31,072 bases of DNA from Candidatus Aenigmatarchaeota archaeon (GTDB taxonomy: Archaea > Aenigmatarchaeota > Aenigmatarchaeia > QMZP01): positions 1 through 31,072 of the forward strand of contig JACQOB010000168.1 of NCBI GenBank assembly GCA_016202745.1, read 5' to 3'. The notes beneath the pieces were generated by a model. The model was not told the origin of the DNA. It worked only from the letters and a program-made list of their open reading frames with translations, and did not search any database. Numbering within the stretch: position 1 is the stretch's first letter; the number at the start of each line of letters is the position of its first letter. Below are positions 18,001 to 25,825 of the stretch, in pieces. The position numbers and the translations under genes are program-made.

Positions 18001-21000
18001 AACAACCACCAGCGCACCTGACAATGACCAGGGATGGGGCAGGCTTAACATGAATGATACACTTTTCCCCAACAAGCGATTCACATCCCTGCTGTACAAG
18101 GATGACGAAAGCCCTGCCAGACTCAGCGCAACCGGTAACAGGGTCGAATATAAATCTTTTAATAACGTGCCAATAAGATTGTCCGAGGATGTAAATGCAA
18201 CTGTAACCCTAGTATGGGCCGATCAGGCACCTACCGCTCTGACGCATGCACTAATTAATGATTTGGACCTTATACTTAACACAAGTAGTGAGGAATATAG
18301 GGGTAACATATTTAATGCTCAAGGATTCTCAGAAAAAAGAGGCGTCCGTGTCGGCCAGAAGGACGCAGTAAATAACGTAGAAAAGATTCATGTTCAGGCT
18401 CCAGAAGACGGGTTCTATAATATAACTGTGCGCGCGGCGTCAATTACTGGAAACCCCCAGGCATTTGCTGTAGTAGCGTCTCCAGTGCTGGGAATTGACG
18501 CGGCTAACATAACCAATGTGACTTATTATTTCCCGTATGGGGCCAAGATATACGCGCAGGCTGTCGGATTGGATAACAACACGGTTGTGGAGGTCGTGAC
18601 TGTGAGTCACAAGAATGGGTTTTCCTGGAATACATCAGTACAGGTAACAAGCGGCGCGACAGGAGTTAACGGCTTCAAGTTCATGAACAAGAAGCCGACA
18701 ACAACTTCACCAGATGGAACCATACCCCCGGGAGTGGAAGTATGGGACACATCAACAAAGAAAGAGAAGGACATATTTGATTCGAATGGCACATTCAATA
18801 TGTTTGTAAACTATGACACAGCAGGCGCCAATGTCGTGTTCACCAAAGGCACCGACGTCATCGACTACCACAAGAAGGTCGGTTTCAGGGTTGGGGTGAT
18901 AAACTCATCCACATCCCTGGGCGCATCCTTCAGGGACAGGTTCCTGGTTGGCCAGAAGGTGCACGCGAAGGGTGTTGGTTTTCCGCCGTCCACACAGATG
19001 GACATCTATGTTATCAAGGACCAGGACTGGACTGGCGTCGCAGACGGGTCTGCCCTGCCTGTACCGGTTGTGCCGAAGGTGACGCTTACGTCAAACACAG
19101 ACGGCCTTATCATACCCACAGTCTGGGACGCCCCCAATGCAAGCCAGCGGGGCCTGTATGATATTGTCGTGGACGTCAACAAGAACGGCAAGTACGACAA
19201 GAGCATGGACGTGATTGACGGGTTCAAAGGGTACGGCTTCAAGGTAGTGTGCAAGTCCGGATCGAAGGCCTGTGGCGCCGTCGCCTCTGCCACGCCTGCT
19301 GGCGTCCAGAACAATGTATTCGCTGAAAACGACCCGGCAGCCGGCAAGATGGATCTGTTCGCCGAGGCGGACACGCCGGTGGACGCGTACCTGGTTGCTT
19401 CAGCCAGCCCGGTGGAGGACCTGGACGGGGCGACGCTTGCCGACGTGTCAGGCGGGAAGGAGACCATAATGCTGCAGGCAGACCAGGCGCTGAACACTGT
19501 ACAGACCTTGTGGGCGGCCGGCGTAGAGGGGGATTATGAGATCATAATTGACGTGAACCAGGACGGGAAGTTCAACATTTCGGAGGACATATATGACCCC
19601 GACGGCCTGATTGTCACCAAGGACATTAGCACGCCCAGGTTCGCTGTGGACGGAAAGGGCAACCTGCATGTTGTCGCAGTGGAGAACGGTGTTGACAGCA
19701 CTACCGGCTTCCAGTTCTCAAGGGTCATTTACGGGAAGGTTCCGGCAGACTACGGCGCGAAGGTGGACATAGGCAACCCTGACACATTTGACTGGAGCGG
19801 AGTGCAGGGTGTCACAAGCTTCAAGAACATATACCAGACCGGCAGCAGGGGCCGGCTGACATTCCCCGACATAGCAGTCGACTCCAAGGGGGAGCCGCAC
19901 ATAATTTTTGCCCTAAGCACATCAGGTTTCAACTGGCTGATTTACATTAAGCTCGACGAGAATGGCAACCGCGACAGGTGCATGGACGAGTCATCGCCGG
20001 GCGCCTGTGACGGCAATGGCCTGGAACTGCTCACCTACCACTGGGATGATTTCGAGGACATCCGCCTCAATTTCCCGACGATAGCAATGGACCAGACAAC
20101 TGACCAGCCGGTGATATCTGCCAATGTCAGGTTTGTCTATCCCGACACTTTCTACTACAATTTCATCTACCCCTCCTGCTTCATAGGCATCACCCAGGTT
20201 CCAGTCCTGATCCACCCCCTTGTGCCATTCTTCACGACGCTTACCCTGAAGGCAGCGCCCATAACATTCTTTGGCGATTCAATACAGGTGGGAATGAGGG
20301 TCCCGGGGGCAAGCGGGGCGGTGCAGTGGCCGTTCGGGGGCGGGACTTATGATGATGCCTTAAGAAAGTACCTTGTTGCTGCCAATGAGGTCAGCGCCTG
20401 CCTTGAGGACATCGCCACTGTAAGGCCCAGGGGCGACGAGAACTGGGTCTGGATTACAGTGGATGAAGGCCACACCCTTGCGGCCAACTTTGACGTCTCC
20501 AAGGTGGATGTTGACAATGGCAGCAACATCCATGTGGCATACAGGGGCAACCTGATACAGGGTGACTTCTCCTCAGAAAAGAGGGTAAGATACTCGAAGA
20601 TATACCAGGCGTCCCATGTCTCGGATATGGTCATATCGGACGGCCCGATGTCGTTTTGGTTCCCCTGGATAGACATTGACCATGAAGATAAATTCCACAT
20701 CGCCTGGCAGGCAGGGGACAAGATTTACTATTATCCTGAGCTGACAGGAACCCAGACAGAGGTTGGAACGGTGTCGGATCCGGCTGCCACTGCAAGGCCC
20801 TCATTGAGTGTTGATGCGGAGGGGAACCCGCACTTTGCCTGGTCGGACCTGGACAACGGCGGGGGAATACTCCAGTACAGGAAGGGGAAGCGGGACGGCG
20901 GGACGGTAAGCTTCAACGACCCGGCGCTCCTGCTGGCGAATGCCAGCTCAGCTGCCGGCGCAGCGGCCATTTTACGATTCCCGCTGGTGGACACGAACAA

Positions 21001-24000
21001 GCTTGCCGCAGGCAGCGACTGGGAGGACAAGGTATTCGTAGGGTGGCTTGAGACTACGGATGAGACCATAATAAAATTCAGGAGGACGACACCGCATGTC
21101 AATTTCCTTATCGTCCTGGACGGCATTGACAAGGGCTTCCTTGACAACAACATCGGAAGCATGCCCAACCTGCAGATGCTGCTCAACGACTTCCCTTCAA
21201 TAGTGGCGGAAGCGTCTCCCTCATTCCCTGTCACTACAATGTCGACGCAGGCTGAGATCTTCACCGGCGTGAAGGCAGCAGTGCATGGGGTGCTCGGAGA
21301 CAACTTTGAGGCCGGGACGGATTATCTTTTCGTCCCCGACAATTCGCCGGATACGTCAACTGTGAACTCCATCCTGTCAGGCAACGGCGCACAGACCCTG
21401 TTTGACTATCTGGAGACAGCGGGCAGGAGCAAGGCCTCCGCCCCGGCGATTATCACGCAGGGAATACAGGCATCAAGGCCCGATTCCAAGTCCGATGCAG
21501 TGGTGGAATTCACTTTAGGCCAGGTTACAAACGAGCCCGACAGGGCGACATACCTGGCAGACCTCAAGAATAACGACCCCGACCCGAACAATGACGCAGC
21601 CGGGCTTATCGTGGCATACATCCTCACACATGACCACGGCGTGGCCACCGACCCCTCGGGCATCAGCCCCGCAACCATTGATGGCAAGATTGGAGACATC
21701 ATGGACTCTCTAAAGGCCACTGGCATGTTCAACGACACAATCTTCATGATCACATCCGAACATGGCTTTACCGACACAGTGTCAGATGATGCGCACAGCC
21801 TGAGCAATGATGACCTCACCAATCTTACCAACCCGGCCGGTGTCAACATAAATGACCTGTACCTTAACGGCAGGTTCGCCTACTCGAAGGACGGCCAGGA
21901 CGTTGCCAAGGTGATTGCCAATAACTCATACAACAGCCCCGGCAGCGAGTGGTTCGGCAAGGTGGACAGGATATTGTTCCTTTCAGGCGGGGTGTATAAT
22001 GATTATTCATTCGACGGCACGTCTGAAACGCTGACGCCGGCAACAGACGCTTTCCTGTCTGACTTCATGGGCCCGGGCAGCAACCCGAGCATGATATTGT
22101 TCGCAGCACAGGATTACTATTTCGGGGAGCCCCACGAAGCGATAACAGAAGAGTCCCCGCTTCCCTTCATAATTGGCGGGAAGGGCTTTGAGCTGTTCTC
22201 GAGAGGCACGGCCAGCCTGCCGTCAGCGCTTGCAGCAACGGATATTACGCCTACTGTGGGCTTCTTTACGGGGGGCCAGAAGGCGGTGGATGTGATGTCA
22301 TCCAGTGTGGATGGTGAAAATTTCTATGATCCCCAGCTGCTGATTGTGGGGGGCTCGCCGGTCGATTTCCACCTGTATGACTCCCAGGGCAGGCATGTGG
22401 GCCCTGATGCATTCGGCAACATTGAGCTTGAGATCCCGTCTTCGCAGTATAGGATTGATCCCATAACAGGCAAGAAGATGATTTCGCTGCTCCAGGCGCC
22501 TGACCAGTACAGGTTTGAGGTGAGCTCTTTTGGGTATGGGATGTTCAGCCTTTCTGTCATGATGGACAATGGCCGGGAGAGTTTTGCGGTGGAGTACCCG
22601 AAGACTGCGATTACGCCCTTCTCATCCGGGAGGCTTGACCTTGACGGGGCTTTCAGCCTTGAGGTGGACTATGAGGGCGACGGCGTGTTCGAGACGATTG
22701 TCGGGCCGCCAGTAATGATAGAGGTTCTGCAGGACATGGAAGGCATGTCTGCCACGGCGGACATCGTGAGGCTGAAGGCAAAGACTCCTGCCAGCACTGA
22801 CCTTGCCGGAGCAACCGGGGTCACGGTCGAGCTGATGAACAAGATGGAGCTTGCCAATGAGAGGATATCCGTCAGGAAGTATCTGGATGCAAACCTTGAT
22901 TCCGCAGGGTTCTACACCCTGGACAGTTTTGTCGAGATAAATGTCACCCCGGGCATCCTGGACAATTCAAAGCTGCTGGATGCCATTATAAGCTATCCTG
23001 AGCAAATTGCAGTAGCCAAGGCCCTTTCGGAGAAGTCCTTTGCAATATATGACCTGGACACCCTTGCAAGGCTCAATTCAACAGTGGACCCGGTCAACAA
23101 CCGGATAAGGGCCAGCCTTCCTGGTTCAGGGAGGTATGTTGTCGCCACAACAGACAGGACGCCGAGGATAGAGAGCATTGCAATCACGCCGCCGGCGTCG
23201 AACATCCCGAATGCCACCGTCAATGTCACGGCAATGGTCACTGATGATTCTGCCATAACAGAGGTCAATGCCACCCTGAACGGCGCCACCCAGGGCATGG
23301 CCTTCAATTCAGCCACGGGCCTATACGGGGCGCTGATTGCCGGGCCCGGCATCTCGGGACGTTATGATGTGATTGTCACGGCAGCGGACAATACCGGGAA
23401 TGTGAAATCCAGGATATCATCCTACCTGCTGGATCTTGACCCGCCCCGGATAACAATCCAGTCCCCCAAGAACACATCGCACATAACCAACAGGATTACC
23501 CTTGGCTTCTTCGCAAACGAGCAGGCCGCGCAGGCTTACTCAGTAGACGGAGGGCCGCAGGTTCCTGTCAACAATACGCAAGCCTTCAGGCTCACCAGCG
23601 TGCCTCTGACGCTCGCATCCGGCCAGCATTCAATAACAGCCACGGCAACGGATGTCTTCGGCAATCCGTCATCGAAGACGGTGGACTTCTCGATAGATGC
23701 GGAAAGCATAAGGGTTTCCGATTTTGGAATGGCCCTTTTTGACAGGCCAAACACTCCAGTCCAGGCGGCGGCGAAGGTCACTAACACCCTGATTACCCCA
23801 GTGTCCGGCGTGAATGTCCAGCTCTTTGTGAACGGCAGCCTTAGTGGAAGCCAGGTGCTTAACCTAACGGGCGAAGAATCAAGGGACATACTATTCACAT
23901 TCTCCAGGCCGGCGGGCAGGTATAACGTCAGCGTCATGGCTGTGCCCCTGCCGCAGGAGAGCTACCTGGCGGACAATGTCCTGCATGACGAGATCCTGAT

Positions 24001-25825
24001 TACCAGCAAGGTGCCGCTTCTGCTTGTAAATGACAACCCCGGATCGGATGACGCAGTATACAGGCAGGCCATCCAGGCAGCCGGCGGGCTTGGCTACGAC
24101 TACATTCCATTTGACGTCTCAAAGAGGGGCCCGCCAGGTGCTGCCCTCATGGACCGGTTCCCGCTGGTTGTGTGGCTGACCGGCGGCGACATAACGCTCA
24201 CCCCCATAGAGACCAGGAACATCAGGTCATTCATGGATAACAGGGGCTACCTTCTCCTGTTCAGCAATAACCTCGGAAGCAAGATTGGAAGCGACAGCTT
24301 TTACAGCGACTATCTGCTGGCCGATTTCAGGAAAGCAGGCAAGAGCCTTACGGTGGAGGGAAGCTTCAGGGACCCCATAGGGAACGGGTTCCTGTTCACC
24401 ATCACAGGGCCGGGTGAGGAAATCAAGCCGCTTGCCCCTGGCACGGAATCATTCAGGTACTCGGGAGGGGAATCGGCAGCTGTAAAGGGCGGCAACGGCA
24501 TATTCAAGTCAGCCTATTACACGTTCGGGCTTGAGGATGTCAGCGATCCTGCCGTGAGGACCCAAGTAATGGAGAGGACGCTGGAATTCTTTGACATAGA
24601 CATCGACCCGCCTGCCCTGTCAGGCATCAGCCCGCCGGCAGGCTTCTCCTTCCCGGTTAACACCAGCAGCGCAGCCCTGTCGCTGCAGACTGGCGAGACC
24701 GCGGAGTGCAGGCTGTCCGGCACCACCTCATTCTTTGGCAACATGAGCGCATTCAACTCTACAAACAGCACTGCGCACACCGCGACGGTGGGAGGCCTGG
24801 ACAATGGAAAGAATTTCACGTTAATGGTCAATTGCAAGGATGTCTTTGGCAATGAGAACGACACCGAGGAATTCAGGTTCCACATCCACAACAGGACCTT
24901 CCTGCCGCCGGCCCTGGGGGCCATCACCGATGTGGTTGTGCATGAGAATGATGCTGTCAATATCACTTTGAACCTGACGGACCCGGAAAATGACCCGCTG
25001 AATATAATGGCAGCTGACATAGAATTGTTTGGCCTGAGGCCGATTGCCTCAAGGTTCACCATCGCGGGGAACAGCCTGCAACTGCAGCCTAATTACAATG
25101 ACGCAGGGCTTTACAAGATAAGGGTTTCTGCAAGCGACGGGTTCGACACGGTCTCAAGTGATTTCATCATGGTCATCATTAATGTCAACAGGCCGCCTGT
25201 ACTGGCAGCAATAGGCAGCAAGGTAGTGGCAGAGGATGCGTTTTTCCAGCTTGATGCGGACGCCATTGACCCTGACGGCGACAATATTGAATTCTCGGAC
25301 AATTCTTCCCTGTTCAACATTAACCCGTCCACGGGCCTCATAACATTCACGCCCAAGCACGCCGATGTCGGCACATATAGCGTCAACATAAGCGTGAACG
25401 ACTCCACGCTGGCTGATTCCGAGGTGGTCCAGCTGCGGGTGACAAACACCAACGACAGGCCTGATGTGCAGTTCATTCCGCCACAAACAGCCGTGGAAGG
25501 GACGCTGTTCACTTACCAGGTCCTGGCATCCGATACGGACGGCGATCCGCTGGCGTTCTCAGCCAGCACCCAACTGTTCAACATAACGCCGCAGGGCCTT
25601 ATAAATTTCACGCCATTGAACGCGGACGTGGGGACGCACTTCATAAACATCACTGCCACGGATGGCCTGGCCTCAGACACTGAACTGCTCAACCTCATTG
25701 TCCACGAATTCAACCAGGCTCCAGTCATCACGTCAATCCAGAGGAACATCACAGTACTGGTCAACGAGACGCTCAACATCAACGTGACAGCGTGCGATCC
25801 AGACTTTGATCCGGGGTGCCCATGA
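15074..25825 (+). CDS. Giant secreted surface protein (3583 aa): signal peptide, short beta-helix, TSP3 repeats with an inserted F5/8-C discoidin, S8 protease, three tandem beta-sandwich repeats, BNR-like propeller, alkaline-phosphatase/NPP-like domain, Ig/CARDB domains, class-I GATase-like domain, cadherin/He_PIG-like repeats
   Basis: GTG directly follows the ORF3 TAG; alternative ATGs at 15098 and 15107. S8 motifs: ILDSG (Asp 17072), HGTHVAG (His 17216), FAAGNE, GTSMATP (Ser 17843). ANLALNAAATASS...AVDGD...IDLG...ARYVRI...INELEVYG at 15902-16288. LIVLDG...FPVTT...TG...HG...SEHG at 21095-22325. LLLVND...YD...LVVWLTG at 24011-24595. NRPPVL...DADAIDPDGD repeats from 24899 to the end. Confidence 0.93.
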   Translation: MGNLKAKGMEGMVGTLSAGLLLAAFFAIYIISISPALSFPASSCGSINESSVLISDVAASGTCFTVTGNDLALDCQFHRITGDGTGSGIALSNNFNVMVKNCIIQGFSAGVNAGNSFAAVESSLIEGNGAGIFADGTSLVNANFNSISNNTLNFVNQNPNYTSDATNNWWGTANPAAISAAISGSIFFQPFLSQDPYIDTDNDGIILLFDNCPLTSNPGQEDADGDGVGDACDNCVQDFNPFQENADSDQQGDACDIDDDNDFVCDFGPSTIVQEPANLALNAAATASSFVPPFSPSLAVDGDPATFLAIVGIPPQSLTIDLGSVRRIDRARILFNDTLSILFDYDLQVSTDNVNYTAVASVAGNEVESNELPFAPVDARYVRIQMLDFNFEDDDLRINELEVYGSTTLCTGGQSGRDVCPLVSNPGQEDGDGDAVGDVCDNCVNVSNFDQTDLDGDGKGDACDVNLFLNSFTFDPVNENVTIDPALLTSVETGYYVIQLYDPGRRDDVSSALNGTIIGIIPQGAYIIQTTRTMTEIQGNPDVRWAEIWQPAFKFSPDLYTYIGTLSNNISLFTVKYFSGSRDAVNQSLEALGAQLVYEFDNSMTISLAELNIINISFIPEVFLVAPFAEPVNKNDVARGITGVQAIHAGSLGMGFMGAGELIDILDSGLDNGTSCIGVANCTALNPTIHDDFKGRIMEIRRTMGAGNAVDGSGHGTHVAGTAVGDGSRSGGQYAGAAPAANFMMQQRNGNEAGGISYAISQGYRIHSNSWGGVECMFRYLAQAQNFDNLSYNNLGSAIVFAAGNEDTPAPPMGCNTGVPPRQNSIQPESIAKNVIAVGATEDLRTAFGAGSDDPEDIAAFSSRGPPSSPITANTVRIKPDVVAPGAQILSTNVNLALLAAAANVCTSGWGVFNGNYTYCGGTSMATPHVSGSLAIISEYLKKVKSYAGSPTGALLKAMIINGAEDMGNRGTAAHGTTTSAPDNDQGWGRLNMNDTLFPNKRFTSLLYKDDESPARLSATGNRVEYKSFNNVPIRLSEDVNATVTLVWADQAPTALTHALINDLDLILNTSSEEYRGNIFNAQGFSEKRGVRVGQKDAVNNVEKIHVQAPEDGFYNITVRAASITGNPQAFAVVASPVLGIDAANITNVTYYFPYGAKIYAQAVGLDNNTVVEVVTVSHKNGFSWNTSVQVTSGATGVNGFKFMNKKPTTTSPDGTIPPGVEVWDTSTKKEKDIFDSNGTFNMFVNYDTAGANVVFTKGTDVIDYHKKVGFRVGVINSSTSLGASFRDRFLVGQKVHAKGVGFPPSTQMDIYVIKDQDWTGVADGSALPVPVVPKVTLTSNTDGLIIPTVWDAPNASQRGLYDIVVDVNKNGKYDKSMDVIDGFKGYGFKVVCKSGSKACGAVASATPAGVQNNVFAENDPAAGKMDLFAEADTPVDAYLVASASPVEDLDGATLADVSGGKETIMLQADQALNTVQTLWAAGVEGDYEIIIDVNQDGKFNISEDIYDPDGLIVTKDISTPRFAVDGKGNLHVVAVENGVDSTTGFQFSRVIYGKVPADYGAKVDIGNPDTFDWSGVQGVTSFKNIYQTGSRGRLTFPDIAVDSKGEPHIIFALSTSGFNWLIYIKLDENGNRDRCMDESSPGACDGNGLELLTYHWDDFEDIRLNFPTIAMDQTTDQPVISANVRFVYPDTFYYNFIYPSCFIGITQVPVLIHPLVPFFTTLTLKAAPITFFGDSIQVGMRVPGASGAVQWPFGGGTYDDALRKYLVAANEVSACLEDIATVRPRGDENWVWITVDEGHTLAANFDVSKVDVDNGSNIHVAYRGNLIQGDFSSEKRVRYSKIYQASHVSDMVISDGPMSFWFPWIDIDHEDKFHIAWQAGDKIYYYPELTGTQTEVGTVSDPAATARPSLSVDAEGNPHFAWSDLDNGGGILQYRKGKRDGGTVSFNDPALLLANASSAAGAAAILRFPLVDTNKLAAGSDWEDKVFVGWLETTDETIIKFRRTTPHVNFLIVLDGIDKGFLDNNIGSMPNLQMLLNDFPSIVAEASPSFPVTTMSTQAEIFTGVKAAVHGVLGDNFEAGTDYLFVPDNSPDTSTVNSILSGNGAQTLFDYLETAGRSKASAPAIITQGIQASRPDSKSDAVVEFTLGQVTNEPDRATYLADLKNNDPDPNNDAAGLIVAYILTHDHGVATDPSGISPATIDGKIGDIMDSLKATGMFNDTIFMITSEHGFTDTVSDDAHSLSNDDLTNLTNPAGVNINDLYLNGRFAYSKDGQDVAKVIANNSYNSPGSEWFGKVDRILFLSGGVYNDYSFDGTSETLTPATDAFLSDFMGPGSNPSMILFAAQDYYFGEPHEAITEESPLPFIIGGKGFELFSRGTASLPSALAATDITPTVGFFTGGQKAVDVMSSSVDGENFYDPQLLIVGGSPVDFHLYDSQGRHVGPDAFGNIELEIPSSQYRIDPITGKKMISLLQAPDQYRFEVSSFGYGMFSLSVMMDNGRESFAVEYPKTAITPFSSGRLDLDGAFSLEVDYEGDGVFETIVGPPVMIEVLQDMEGMSATADIVRLKAKTPASTDLAGATGVTVELMNKMELANERISVRKYLDANLDSAGFYTLDSFVEINVTPGILDNSKLLDAIISYPEQIAVAKALSEKSFAIYDLDTLARLNSTVDPVNNRIRASLPGSGRYVVATTDRTPRIESIAITPPASNIPNATVNVTAMVTDDSAITEVNATLNGATQGMAFNSATGLYGALIAGPGISGRYDVIVTAADNTGNVKSRISSYLLDLDPPRITIQSPKNTSHITNRITLGFFANEQAAQAYSVDGGPQVPVNNTQAFRLTSVPLTLASGQHSITATATDVFGNPSSKTVDFSIDAESIRVSDFGMALFDRPNTPVQAAAKVTNTLITPVSGVNVQLFVNGSLSGSQVLNLTGEESRDILFTFSRPAGRYNVSVMAVPLPQESYLADNVLHDEILITSKVPLLLVNDNPGSDDAVYRQAIQAAGGLGYDYIPFDVSKRGPPGAALMDRFPLVVWLTGGDITLTPIETRNIRSFMDNRGYLLLFSNNLGSKIGSDSFYSDYLLADFRKAGKSLTVEGSFRDPIGNGFLFTITGPGEEIKPLAPGTESFRYSGGESAAVKGGNGIFKSAYYTFGLEDVSDPAVRTQVMERTLEFFDIDIDPPALSGISPPAGFSFPVNTSSAALSLQTGETAECRLSGTTSFFGNMSAFNSTNSTAHTATVGGLDNGKNFTLMVNCKDVFGNENDTEEFRFHIHNRTFLPPALGAITDVVVHENDAVNITLNLTDPENDPLNIMAADIELFGLRPIASRFTIAGNSLQLQPNYNDAGLYKIRVSASDGFDTVSSDFIMVIINVNRPPVLAAIGSKVVAEDAFFQLDADAIDPDGDNIEFSDNSSLFNINPSTGLITFTPKHADVGTYSVNISVNDSTLADSEVVQLRVTNTNDRPDVQFIPPQTAVEGTLFTYQVLASDTDGDPLAFSASTQLFNITPQGLINFTPLNADVGTHFINITATDGLASDTELLNLIVHEFNQAPVITSIQRNITVLVNETLNINVTACDPDFDPGCP

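Noticed and set aside
24011-24595. Class-I GATase-like domain as a glutamine amidotransferase
   Set aside because: No Cys nucleophile elbow is visible. This fold is a common non-catalytic accessory domain in secreted multidomain proteases.
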